Below, piece by piece: positions 26,121-34,692 of a DNA stretch of 63,676 nt (positions are counted from its first letter, which is position 1; every line of letters starts with the position of its first letter). The position numbers and the translations under genes were made by a program. Origin of the DNA: Candidatus Kaiserbacteria bacterium GW2011_GWA2_52_12 (GTDB taxonomy: Bacteria; Patescibacteriota; Minisyncoccia; Phycocordibacterales; UBA2100). The notes under the pieces are model-generated. The model saw only the letters and a program-made list of their open reading frames with translations, ran no database searches and was not told the DNA's origin. Where the stretch lies: assembly GCA_001004345.1 (NCBI GenBank), contig LCQW01000001.1, positions 1 to 63,676 on the forward strand. The letters run 5' to 3'.

Positions 26121-26501
26121 ATGTTGCAGGACCGTTCACTCGTAAAGATTGCAGATAATTCCGGCGGTCAGATCGGACGCGTGTTCAAGATTCTCGGCGG
26201 CACACGCAAGCGTTATGCGGAGCTTGGTGACGAGATCGTCATTTCCATCCAGAGTGCCCAGCCGCGAAAATCGGTCAAGAAAAAGGAAGTGCATCGCGCG
26301 GTCGTCGTCCGTCAAAGAAAACCGTATCGTCGCGCCGACGGTTCGTATGTGCGTTTTGACGAGAATGCCGTCGTACTCATTGTCGGGTCGGGAAAGGAAC
26401 CAAAAGAACCGAAGGCAAATCGCGTATTCGGCCCCATTCCGCGCGAGCTTGTCGAACGTGGATATCAAAAAATCGCATCACTGGCACCGGAAATCGTCTA
26501 A
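26121..26501 (+). CDS. rplN: 50S ribosomal protein L14
   Basis: MLQDRSLVKIADNSGG...RFDENAVVL typical L14. The start is set at ATG 26121, not the long ORF start. Confidence 0.95.
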   Translation: MLQDRSLVKIADNSGGQIGRVFKILGGTRKRYAELGDEIVISIQSAQPRKSVKKKEVHRAVVVRQRKPYRRADGSYVRFDENAVVLIVGSGKEPKEPKANRVFGPIPRELVERGYQKIASLAPEIV

Positions 26502-26510
26502 ATAATATAT

Positions 26511-26822
26511 ATGAAACTCAAGAAAGGAGATAAAGTAATAGTGATAGCTGGCAAAGCGCGCGGACAGACGAGTACCATCGTACGTGTGCTGACGGATAAA
26601 AATCTCGTCGTTCTGGACGGGCTCAATCTCGTCAAGCGTCATCGCCGCCCGAGCGCGCAGAATCGGAAGGGGCAGATCATCGACAAGCCGATGCCCATCC
26701 ATGCTTCGAACGTGATGCTTGCCGATCCGAAGACAGGGAAACCTACGCGGATCAAGATCGTACGCGATGAAAAGGGTGGGCGCACACGTGTTGCGGTAAA
26801 AAGCGGCAACGAGCTTAAATAA
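26511..26822 (+). CDS. rplX: 50S ribosomal protein L24
   Basis: MKLKKGDKVIVIAGKARGQTS KOW motif; operon position. Confidence 0.9.
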   Translation: MKLKKGDKVIVIAGKARGQTSTIVRVLTDKNLVVLDGLNLVKRHRRPSAQNRKGQIIDKPMPIHASNVMLADPKTGKPTRIKIVRDEKGGRTRVAVKSGNELK

Positions 26823-26830
26823 AAATATTT

Positions 26831-27382
26831 ATGGCACACGCAACAGTACATACAAAAACATTCGACGCTCTCAAGGGCGATTTCGGATACAAAAATATCA
26901 TGCAGGCGCCACGCGTCTTGAAGGTAGTCGTTGGGACGGGAGTCGGCAAGGTGAACAAAGACAAAAAGCGCCTTGAATTGGTCATCGATCGGCTCGCACG
27001 GATCACCGGACAAGCACCAGCGCCGCGACTCGCGAAGAAAGCCATCGCCAATTTCAAGAGTCGCGCAGGAGACACTATCGGCTACCAGATCACGCTCCGG
27101 GGCGCGCGGATGCAAGCCTTTCTCGACAAGCTCATCCACATCGTATTTCCGCGCATGAAAGACTTCCGCGGGCTAAAACCGGCGACCATCGACGAGATGG
27201 GCAACATTTCTATCGGCATCAAAGAGCACACCGTCTTTCCGGAGACGTCCGATGAAGATTCAAAAGACATATTCGGCCTTGCAGTCACGATCGTCACCTC
27301 TGCAAAAAATAAAAAAGAAGCCGAAGCCTTCCTCCGCCACCTCGGATTGCCGCTGCGCGAAGCAGAAGTAAAAGGGAAGTAA
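26831..27382 (+). CDS. rplE: 50S ribosomal protein L5
   Basis: PRVLKVVVGTGVG..., FPRMKDFRGL..., NISIGIKEHTVFPE typical L5. Confidence 0.95.
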   Translation: MAHATVHTKTFDALKGDFGYKNIMQAPRVLKVVVGTGVGKVNKDKKRLELVIDRLARITGQAPAPRLAKKAIANFKSRAGDTIGYQITLRGARMQAFLDKLIHIVFPRMKDFRGLKPATIDEMGNISIGIKEHTVFPETSDEDSKDIFGLAVTIVTSAKNKKEAEAFLRHLGLPLREAEVKGK

Positions 27383-27411
27383 ACAGTGAAATCAAGCTCA
27401 AACTCTTGGCA

Positions 27412-27426
27412 CGAGGTGTCACCTCG
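27412..27426. terminator. Short GC hairpin between convergent rplE and the reverse-strand membrane gene
   Basis: CGAGGTGtCACCTCG palindrome followed by GTATTT. It is a weak terminator candidate. Confidence 0.3.
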
Positions 27427-27430
27427 GTAT

Positions 27431-27772
27431 TTACGTCTTCTTGTATACAGCTCGTAGGGCGAACCAGATGAATACTCCGGTGTAGATGAGGTACATCACT
27501 GCGGAAAAGACGGTGGCGACGAGCGGGTCCACGGTGCTCGGGTCCCCAAGCAGAAAGTCGGGCCTGAAGATCATCGAGAGCGGCGCAAAGATTAATCCGA
27601 CGCCCGCTGTGTACATGACCCTGAAACTCCCGAGGACAATGAGGCCCATCACGACTCCGGGCACAACGAGACTCTTTGGGGAACCGCGTCGAACTCTGCG
27701 CGCGGCGAATACCACGAGAAACGCAATAATGACTATCTCGATCAGGGTCAGGATAAGGAACGTCTCGAGCAT
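27431..27772 (-). CDS. Small integral membrane protein (about 3-4 TM), unknown function, antisense orientation inside the spc operon
   Basis: 113-aa ORF, hydrophobic throughout (LILTLIEIVIIAFLVVFAA, VVMGLIVLGSF, VFSAVMYLIYTGVFIWFAL). Confidence 0.55.
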   Translation of the reverse strand: MLETFLILTLIEIVIIAFLVVFAARRVRRGSPKSLVVPGVVMGLIVLGSFRVMYTAGVGLIFAPLSMIFRPDFLLGDPSTVDPLVATVFSAVMYLIYTGVFIWFALRAVYKKT

Positions 27773-27795
27773 GGGAAAATTGTAGTACCGCGCGA

Positions 27796-27824
27796 TTGAC
27801 TTTGCAATTCATTTCGCGTATATT
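27796..27824 (+). promoter_or_regulatory. Near-consensus sigma-70 promoter restarting the spc operon at rpsZ
   Basis: TTGACT-17 nt-TATATT. A ~135-nt leader follows before ATG 27960. Confidence 0.5.
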
Positions 27825-27959
27825 GGCCGAGCCTCGTAGGGGGCTTTGTTTTTCAACCACAGGTTGGACGAAGAACAGGGCCACGCGAAGAAGCTTCTGT
27901 AAGTCGGCTGCGCAAGCGCCGGATGCAAGGGTTTCCAAGTCCCCTTGGGATATTCATTC

Positions 27960-28145
27960 ATGGCCAAGAAATCAATGATCATAAAGGCGAATCGAAAGCC
28001 GAAATTCTCGAGCCGCACCGTGCGGCGCTGCTTCAAGTGCGGCCGCCCACGCGGTTTTATGCGCGATTTCAATCTTTGCCGCATTTGTTTCCGCGAGGAG
28101 GCGCTCGAGGGCAATATTCCCGGCATTAAAAAATCCTCTTGGTAA
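27960..28145 (+). CDS. rpsZ: 30S ribosomal protein S14, zinc-binding type Z
   Basis: [18 protein letters not shown]...[22 protein letters not shown]; 61 aa with a CxxC...CxxC pattern. Confidence 0.95.
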   Translation: MAKKSMIIKANRKPKFSSRTVRRCFKCGRPRGFMRDFNLCRICFREEALEGNIPGIKKSSW

Positions 28146-28150
28146 TTTTT

Positions 28151-28546
28151 ATGGTAAATGATCCCGTAGCAGATCTCATAACGCGTCTCGCCAATGCCGG
28201 TGCTGTCAATAAGGCGTCGGTATCCGTTCCGTTCTCCATATTTAAAATGGCGATCGCCGAGAAACTCTGCGACGCTGGTTATGTGAAAGCGATCGAGAAG
28301 AAAGGTAAAAAGGTAAAGAAGACGCTCGACGTGACGCTCAAGTACGACGAAGCGGGAAATCACGCGATACAGGGCGTGAAGCGCGTTTCCAAACCGGGTC
28401 GCCGACTCTACAAGAGCGCGAATCATATCGTGCCCATCCGCTACGGACATGGCGCACTGCTCCTCTCGACGCCAAAAGGCATCAAAACGGATAAAGAGGC
28501 ACGCAAGGAAAAGATCGGCGGCGAGGCCTTGTTTGAAATTTGGTAG
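28151..28546 (+). CDS. rpsH: 30S ribosomal protein S8
   Basis: MVNDPVADLITRLANA...GGEALFEIW typical S8. Confidence 0.95.
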   Translation: MVNDPVADLITRLANAGAVNKASVSVPFSIFKMAIAEKLCDAGYVKAIEKKGKKVKKTLDVTLKYDEAGNHAIQGVKRVSKPGRRLYKSANHIVPIRYGHGALLLSTPKGIKTDKEARKEKIGGEALFEIW

Positions 28547-28574
28547 TTCGATATGGCTCACTATAAATAAATAT

Positions 28575-29120
28575 ATGTCACGCACCGGCAAACATCCCAT
28601 AAAAATCCCCGCAGGCACCGAGGTGGCTGTCGTCGCCGGTGAGATCACGGTGAAAGGGAAGGGCGGCACGCTGAAACGTCACGTGCATCCGGCCGTTTTG
28701 ATCACGGTTGCAAACGGCGAGGTCCTCGTGACTCCCGCTGAGAAATCACGCCTTGCAAAAGCGCTCTGGGGCACTTACGCCGCACACATGCGCAATATGG
28801 TCGCGGGTGTCAACACGCCGTTCGTGAAGAAATTACAGGTAGAAGGTATCGGCTATCGGGTGGAATTAGCAGGAAAGCAGCTCAAATTGAACGTTGGCTA
28901 CTCACACCCTGTTCTCGTTGCTATCCCTGCTGGTGTCACTGTGGCAGTGGAGAAAAACATCATCACCGTTTCCGGTCCCGACAAAGAAGAGGTCGGAGAG
29001 TTTGCCGCATCGGTCCGCGCCATCAAAAAGCCCGAACCGTACAAAGGTAAAGGCATTCGCTACGAAGGCGAGGTCGTTCGCCTTAAACAGGGCAAGAAAG
29101 CGGCAACAGCGGCTGCATAA
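28575..29120 (+). CDS. rplF: 50S ribosomal protein L6
   Basis: MSRTGKHPIKIPAGTEV...GYSHPV...PEPYKGKGIRY typical L6. Confidence 0.95.
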   Translation: MSRTGKHPIKIPAGTEVAVVAGEITVKGKGGTLKRHVHPAVLITVANGEVLVTPAEKSRLAKALWGTYAAHMRNMVAGVNTPFVKKLQVEGIGYRVELAGKQLKLNVGYSHPVLVAIPAGVTVAVEKNIITVSGPDKEEVGEFAASVRAIKKPEPYKGKGIRYEGEVVRLKQGKKAATAAA

Positions 29121-29123
29121 TTT

Positions 29124-29246
29124 ATGAATCATAAAATTAGCACATTTCATCGTTGCGGAGCCTCTGCGTCGTTCTCGTCGTACGTTCAGTACGACTCGAA
29201 CGCCGCATTCTCCGCGCCTCGAACTGCGCGTAATTTTGTGATTCAT
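29124..29246 (+). other. About 123-nt nested imperfect hairpin filling the rplF-rplR spacer
   Basis: The outer arms ATGAATCATAAAATTA (29124-39) and TAATTTTGTGATTCAT (29231-46) match 15/16. Inner pairs are TGCGGAG/CTCCGCG, GCGTCGTTC/GAACGCCGC and GTCGTAC-gttca-GTACGAC. Confidence 0.6.
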
Positions 29247-29258
29247 TCCATCTAAAAT

Positions 29259-29606
29259 ATGGCAACGATTTCACGACACAATAAGCGAGAGAGCAGGCAC
29301 AAGCGGGTGCGCGCGAAGGTCGTCGGTACGAAAGCGCGTCCGCGTCTTTCGATCTACAAATCCAACACTCGCGTGATCGCGCAGCTTATTGATGATGCGG
29401 AAGGAAAGACGCTGCTCGCAGTCTCGTCGCAAGGTGAAAAGGGGAAGACGCCGCTCGAGCGTGCAGAGAAAGCCGCAGCGACGCTCGCTTTGCTTGCGAG
29501 CGCGAAAGGGCTGAAGGCGGTCGTTTTTGATCGCGGCGGATTTCAGTACGTGGGCACAGTCAAAGCATTTGCCGAATCAGCGCGCGCTGCCGGTTTGGAA
29601 TTTTAA
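29259..29606 (+). CDS. rplR: 50S ribosomal protein L18
   Basis: RHKRVRAKV.GT..RPRLSIYKSN...AVVFDRGGF.Y.G.VKA.AE.AR..GL.F typical L18. Confidence 0.95.
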   Translation: MATISRHNKRESRHKRVRAKVVGTKARPRLSIYKSNTRVIAQLIDDAEGKTLLAVSSQGEKGKTPLERAEKAAATLALLASAKGLKAVVFDRGGFQYVGTVKAFAESARAAGLEF

Positions 29607-29622
29607 ATCAGATATTGATTAT

Positions 29623-30273
29623 ATGTCCGAAGAACAAAAAACAGTGGAACAAGAAGACGTGGTAGTGCCCGCCGAAATATCGGTGGATGTGCCGATCGTT
29701 GCAGACGAAGCGGGGCCGCGTGTTTCGGAGCGCAAGCCATTTGGCGGAGCGTCTCGACGAGGTGATCGCGGCGGATCGCGCGACAGGCGGGGCGGTCCGG
29801 GCGGCGGTCGGCCGCGCCGCGGAGGTGATCAGGGTGAGCGTCGCAGTGAGTTTGCACAAAAATTGATCGGCATTCGCCGCGTGGCGCGCGTTATGGCAGG
29901 CGGTCGTCGTTTCAACTTTTCCGCAGGGATCGTCATCGGCGACAAAAAGGGCCGCGTCGGTGTAGGCTTGGGGAAGGCCGCTGATACGCAGCTTGCTATC
30001 GAAAAAGCGACGCGCAGTGCAAAGCGCTCTATGATCAATCTCAATCTCACCAAGAACCGTTCCATTTCGCGCAATGTCGAATCCAAGTACTGCGCGTCAA
30101 TCGTGCAGATACGCCCATCGCCGGGTCGCGGATTAGTCGCCGGTTCTTCGGTGCGCACCGTCCTCGAGCTCGCTGGTGTCTCAGACGTGACCGCAAAATT
30201 GCTTTCGCGCAGCAAGAATCCGCTCAACAACGCTCGCGCAGCCATCGAAGCGCTCCGTAAACTTTCAAAATAA
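29623..30273 (+). CDS. rpsE: 30S ribosomal protein S5 with ~75-aa acidic then RGG-rich N-terminal extension
   Basis: IRRVARVMAGGRRFNFSAGIVIGDKKGRVGVGLGKA typical S5 core, preceded by RRGDRGGSRDRRGGPGGGRPRRGGDQGERR. Confidence 0.9.
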   Translation: MSEEQKTVEQEDVVVPAEISVDVPIVADEAGPRVSERKPFGGASRRGDRGGSRDRRGGPGGGRPRRGGDQGERRSEFAQKLIGIRRVARVMAGGRRFNFSAGIVIGDKKGRVGVGLGKAADTQLAIEKATRSAKRSMINLNLTKNRSISRNVESKYCASIVQIRPSPGRGLVAGSSVRTVLELAGVSDVTAKLLSRSKNPLNNARAAIEALRKLSK

Positions 30274-30274
30274 T

Positions 30275-30754
30275 ATGGCCAACCTCAACGTACTCAAACG
30301 AACAGGTAAACGGCCGTACCGTCGCGTTGGCCGCGGCCAATCGTCAACGCGCGGAAAGCAATCCGGTCGCGGCGGCAAGGGTCAGACAGCGCGCGCCGGC
30401 AACAAGCGCCGCCCCGAATTGCGCGACATCATCAAGAAGATTCCAAAACGCCGCGGATACGGAAAGAATCGCGGTCGTACGGTTGATGGCACGATACAAG
30501 ATGCCGTCGCTATCTCGGTTGAGCGTCTCGGCACCATTTTTGAGAGCGGCGCGGAGGTGACCAGACACTCATTCATTGAGCGCGGTTTGGTGCATGCGCG
30601 CAAAGGCCAGGTCGTAAAGATCGTCGGCCCTTCGACGAAGCTCGGGGCAAGCGGCCTTACCAAAAAACTCGTCATCAAGGGCGTCGCCACTACAGCTACT
30701 GCGCGCGCAGCCATCGAAAAAGCTGGCGGCTCTATCGAGGCCAATTCGCGCTAA
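30275..30754 (+). CDS. rplO: 50S ribosomal protein L15
   Basis: KRVGRGQSSTRGKQSGRGGKGQTARAG typical L15 N-terminus. It starts 1 nt after the rpsE stop, leaving no room for L30. Confidence 0.9.
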   Translation: MANLNVLKRTGKRPYRRVGRGQSSTRGKQSGRGGKGQTARAGNKRRPELRDIIKKIPKRRGYGKNRGRTVDGTIQDAVAISVERLGTIFESGAEVTRHSFIERGLVHARKGQVVKIVGPSTKLGASGLTKKLVIKGVATTATARAAIEKAGGSIEANSR

Positions 30755-30760
30755 ATAAAT

Positions 30761-32035
30761 ATGTGGGACGCATTCACACGTAAACTGAAGCTCATTACCG
30801 AAGACGAGACTCTGCGCACGCGCATTCTGTTCGTGCTTGCGGCGCTCGTCGTTTTCCGGTTGCTCGCAGCTATCCCCGTGCCGGGTATCAATGCCGGTCA
30901 GCTCGAAGCATTTTTGAACAACAATCAATTTCTCGGACTCCTCAACGTATTTTCGGGCGGCGGATTTTCAAATCTTTCCATCGTCATGCTCGGCGTCGGT
31001 CCGTACATTACCGCGTCGATCGTGATGCAGCTGATGACCATCCTCATTCCAAAATTGAAAGAGATCTATCAAGAAGAAGGAGATGCGGGCCGCATGCGTT
31101 TTATGCAATATTCGCGCTACCTCACCGTGCCACTCGCGCTTATCCAGGCATTCGGATTCCTACTCCTTCTTCGCCAGAACGGCATTCTCCCGACGCTCGA
31201 CCTCATGAGCATGTTCACGAGCGTCATGGTCGTCGCCGCGGGTTCGATGCTCCTCATGTGGATCGGCGAACTCATTACCGAATTCGGTGTGGGCAACGGC
31301 GTTTCGCTGCTCATTTTCGCGGGCATCGTCTCGCGTATTCCGCAGGATATCGGGCAATTCATCTTTTCGTTCGATACCGCCCAGCTTCCCGCATATCTTG
31401 CATTTGCGGCGGCCGCAGTCGTCATTATGGCTGGCGTCGTCTTTATCACCGAGGCCGAACGTCCGATTCCCGTCACGTATGCGCGCCGCGTGCGCGGCAT
31501 GAAAGTATTGGGAGGTATCTCTACATACCTGCCGCTTCGTGTCAATCAAGCTGGTGTCATGCCGATAATCTTCGCGCTCTCCATCCTTCTCTTTCCGCAA
31601 ATGGTGGCGACATTCCTTTCCAAGAGTGCGATAGCTATCGTTGCGACGCTCGCGCAGGCCGTCGTCACTGCGCTCGGCAACCAATGGGTCTACGGCATTC
31701 TCTACTTCGTGCTCGTCTTCCTTTTCACCTACTTCTATACGGCCATCACCTTTGAGCCGCATCAGGTCGCAAAAAATCTGCAGAAAAACGGTGCCTTTAT
31801 CCCCGGCGTGCGTCCCGGCCCGACGACCGCCGACTACCTCGGCAATATCATCACGCGCATCACGCTCGTGGGCGCGCTGTTCCTCGGTCTTCTCGCGATC
31901 TTGCCGCTCGTATTGCAAGGTCTCACCGGCATTACCGCAATCTCGATCGGCGGCACTGCGCTTCTCATCGTCGTGTCAGTCGTTCTCGACGTCGTGAAGA
32001 AGATTGATGCACAGACGTCAATTCGCGAGTACTAA
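30761..32035 (+). CDS. secY: Preprotein translocase subunit SecY
   Basis: 10-TM protein with LNVFSGGGFSNLSIVMLGVGPYITASIVMQL and GVSLLIFAGIV typical SecY blocks. Confidence 0.95.
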   Translation: MWDAFTRKLKLITEDETLRTRILFVLAALVVFRLLAAIPVPGINAGQLEAFLNNNQFLGLLNVFSGGGFSNLSIVMLGVGPYITASIVMQLMTILIPKLKEIYQEEGDAGRMRFMQYSRYLTVPLALIQAFGFLLLLRQNGILPTLDLMSMFTSVMVVAAGSMLLMWIGELITEFGVGNGVSLLIFAGIVSRIPQDIGQFIFSFDTAQLPAYLAFAAAAVVIMAGVVFITEAERPIPVTYARRVRGMKVLGGISTYLPLRVNQAGVMPIIFALSILLFPQMVATFLSKSAIAIVATLAQAVVTALGNQWVYGILYFVLVFLFTYFYTAITFEPHQVAKNLQKNGAFIPGVRPGPTTADYLGNIITRITLVGALFLGLLAILPLVLQGLTGITAISIGGTALLIVVSVVLDVVKKIDAQTSIREY

Positions 32036-32592
32036 TTTTCGAGCCACTTTTTGTAGGTTTCGGTGATGATCTGTACGACCTCAACAAGTGGATGCCTGGT
32101 GGTGTCGACAACCAGGTCATATTGGGATTCGTCGATGTAACTCACGCCATAAAGTTCATGGTATCGTTTACTCTCGCTTTGCACGCGCTCGAGCGTGGTG
32201 TTATACGCCTGCTCGACTGACTCAGCCGTTTCATTCACTCGTCCAACCTTTTGCATTTGTTCAAAAATTCGTTGCGAAGCCGTGTGCGGATCGATATGGA
32301 GGAAGACCTTGAACGCATCCGGGATCCAATGAAAGGCAAGACGCGAATCGATGACGATATCGCTTTTCGCGCCGGCATTGCGCACCGTATCGTCGATCAT
32401 TTTGTCGATCGAAGGATCGTTCTCGGCCGTTTTGCTCAACTCGGCCATCGTGAGCCCGCGCTCGATTGCGACTTCGCGCCAGAAATCTCCGCTCGAGAAG
32501 TGCTGATAGCCGAGCATACTCGCAACACCCTTCGCAGTACTCGATTTGCCGCTGCCGGGGAGACCCCCGATGGTGATGATATGTTTTTTCAT
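32032..32592 (-). CDS. Cytidylate-kinase-like P-loop kinase (archaeal-type CMP kinase-like)
   Basis: ITIGGLPGSGKSSTAKGVASMLGYQHFSSGDFWRE, DSRLA block. Its stop codon overlaps the secY stop. Confidence 0.6.
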   Translation of the reverse strand: MKKHIITIGGLPGSGKSSTAKGVASMLGYQHFSSGDFWREVAIERGLTMAELSKTAENDPSIDKMIDDTVRNAGAKSDIVIDSRLAFHWIPDAFKVFLHIDPHTASQRIFEQMQKVGRVNETAESVEQAYNTTLERVQSESKRYHELYGVSYIDESQYDLVVDTTRHPLVEVVQIITETYKKWLEN

Positions 32593-32670
32593 GTAAAAAC
32601 ATAATCATATAGAAAAGTCTCATTAGAGCAAACTGATTTTGGTAATAACTCTTGAGAATGTATAATCCGA

Positions 32671-33264
32671 ATGATGCAACCGCTCACCGTTTTATTTTTC
32701 GGCTCGCAGGGCGCTGGCAAGGGGACGCAAGTGAAGCGTCTCGTGGAATTTTTGCAGGCAAAATCCGAGCACACAATTATTCACATTGACATGGGTCTCC
32801 TCCTACGCGAACTTGTGTCTGCGGGGAGTTATAGTGGAAAACTCACTGCAGAAGTGATTGAGCCGGGGCATCGGATGTCTGATTTTATGCCGATCTATCT
32901 TCAGACGAAGAAGCTCGTTGAGAATTTTACGGGAGAAGAACATATCATTGCCGACGGTCTAGCGCGTGGTGAGGACCAGACGCGTGCATTTGATGACGCG
33001 ATGAAATTTTACAAACGCGAAAATTATCACATCATCTCGATCCATCTTTCAGAAGAGTCCTCGATCAAGCGCTTGCTTTTGCGGGGGCGCAACGATGATA
33101 CGGAATCGGGAATCCGCAACCGGCTCGCGTGGATGAAAACCGACGTATTGCCGCAACTCGAATTTCTCAAAAAGCGCGGTCGGGTTGCCCACGAGATTGA
33201 CGGCGAGCCCGATGTTGAGACCATTCACAAAAACATTCTTTCAGTGCTAGGATTGGCGGGATGA
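32671..33264 (+). CDS. adk: Adenylate kinase (short form, no zinc lid)
   Basis: FFGSQGAGKGTQ P-loop, DG.AR, RGRNDD; position after secY. Confidence 0.8.
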   Translation: MMQPLTVLFFGSQGAGKGTQVKRLVEFLQAKSEHTIIHIDMGLLLRELVSAGSYSGKLTAEVIEPGHRMSDFMPIYLQTKKLVENFTGEEHIIADGLARGEDQTRAFDDAMKFYKRENYHIISIHLSEESSIKRLLLRGRNDDTESGIRNRLAWMKTDVLPQLEFLKKRGRVAHEIDGEPDVETIHKNILSVLGLAG

Positions 33265-34031
33265 TAGCAAAGACAGAACAAGAAATTGCAGCACTGCGCG
33301 AAGGCGGGAGGCGCTTGGCGCGGCACGTGCGCGAGCTTTCAAAGTTCGTGAAGCCGGGTGTTACTGCTGCGGAACTGGAAAAAAAAGCAAGGGAAATGGT
33401 GCGGGCGGACGGCGATGAGCCCGCTTTTTTGGGACACAAGGATCCGCACGACAAGACAGGATATCCATCAGCGCTCTGTCTCTCGATAAACGACGTGATC
33501 GTTCATTCTCCGGCAGCGGTAAATGATGCGGTCATCAAAGACGGCGACATTGTGTGTCTCGATTTCGGTATTAAACACAAGGGTCTATATACCGACCATG
33601 CCGTGACGGTGATCGCCGGTACGCCGAAAAGTAAAGATGATGTAAAGCTCCTTCGGGGCACCAAAGAAGCGCTTGTCGTTGGAATTACGCAGGCGCTCGT
33701 TGGTAATACGACTGGCGACATCGGTGCCGCGGTCGAAGAGGTTGCAGAAAAGTATCATTTCGGATTCCCGCGCAATCTCTCCGGCCATGGCGTTGGAAAA
33801 AAAGTGCACGAAGAGCCGCATGTGCCGAATTTCGGCGACTCCGGTAAAGGGACGAAGCTTGTGGAAGGACTCGTGATAGCGATCGAACCGATGATGACGC
33901 TCGGGAAGGGGGATTTGTACGTCGACAAAGATAATTTTTCATATCGCACAAAGGACGGCTCACGCACCGCGCACTTTGAGCACACCGTTCTCATTACCAA
34001 AAACGGTCCTGAAATTTTGACGATAGAATAA
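33261..34031 (+). CDS. map: Methionine aminopeptidase type I
   Basis: DIVCLDFG, YTDHAVT, GHGVGKKVHEEPHVPN, IAIEPM, EHTVLIT metal-ligand blocks. Confidence 0.9.
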   Translation: MIAKTEQEIAALREGGRRLARHVRELSKFVKPGVTAAELEKKAREMVRADGDEPAFLGHKDPHDKTGYPSALCLSINDVIVHSPAAVNDAVIKDGDIVCLDFGIKHKGLYTDHAVTVIAGTPKSKDDVKLLRGTKEALVVGITQALVGNTTGDIGAAVEEVAEKYHFGFPRNLSGHGVGKKVHEEPHVPNFGDSGKGTKLVEGLVIAIEPMMTLGKGDLYVDKDNFSYRTKDGSRTAHFEHTVLITKNGPEILTIE

Positions 34032-34036
34032 ATACC

Positions 34037-34615
34037 ATGGAACGTATTCGTCCTGGAGAATCAATGCCTCGCTTTGATTTCTTGAACGAAAATGATGTTG
34101 TTTCTTTTGAAATTGTGCCCGAGGCCTTAGAACATCTACCAATTATTTCCGCTGAAGACAAATTATCGGGTAAGGAGCGTTTCCGGATCCTGTTAGGAAG
34201 TGCCTCGATACTCGATGCAAGTCATGCTCATTTAAAAATCAGTGGCGTTTTGGAAATGGAGCAGGGTGATGATTATCTATATGGTCTATACACAGAAGGA
34301 ATTGAGCAGGTCACATATGACCCGCAAAAAATCCGTTCATACGTTCAGAGTATACAACGTTTACCCCAATACAGATCTTTCAACCATCTCGGTGAAATTC
34401 ATACGCATCCAAAGTCACTGCTCGCGTATCCCTCGCAGGTTGACCTTGAGGGATTCGTTTCTCAGTACGAGCATAGCACTGCCGAACCACATAAACCATA
34501 TATTTTCGGCATAGCCGGGATCCATAAGAGTGGAGAAGTGGAGTGTAACTTCTATAGAATAGTTCGCGTAGGTAAGGGATATGGCTTCAAGCTGCTTGAC
34601 GGGGATGAGAGGTAA
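34037..34615 (+). CDS. JAB/MPN-domain (JAMM-like metalloprotease) protein
   Basis: GEIHTHPKSLLAYPSQVD resembles the HxH-x7/8-S-xx-D JAMM motif. Confidence 0.45.
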   Translation: MERIRPGESMPRFDFLNENDVVSFEIVPEALEHLPIISAEDKLSGKERFRILLGSASILDASHAHLKISGVLEMEQGDDYLYGLYTEGIEQVTYDPQKIRSYVQSIQRLPQYRSFNHLGEIHTHPKSLLAYPSQVDLEGFVSQYEHSTAEPHKPYIFGIAGIHKSGEVECNFYRIVRVGKGYGFKLLDGDER

Positions 34616-34656
34616 GATAGTGATACAGTAATTTCGTTCCGTTGGCGTTCAGATTA

Positions 34657-34686
34657 TTGTACTTATTATATCCGGTCGTATATAAT
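34657..34686 (+). promoter_or_regulatory. Candidate promoter giving a leaderless transcript for the PaaX-like regulator
   Basis: TTGTAC-18 nt-TATAAT. The ATG at 34693 is 6 nt after the -10 hexamer, and there is no SD. Confidence 0.35.
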
Positions 34687-34692
34687 CAGTAC

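Noticed and set aside
27809-28669. 286-aa minus-strand ORF
   Set aside because: It is antisense to the rpsZ leader, rpsZ, rpsH and the rplF start. It has no motifs and conflicts with four certain genes.
31160-31918. 252-aa minus-strand ORF and several plus-strand alternative-frame ORFs
   Set aside because: All overlap secY. Their highly charged, Arg/Asp/Glu-rich composition is inconsistent with a real protein.
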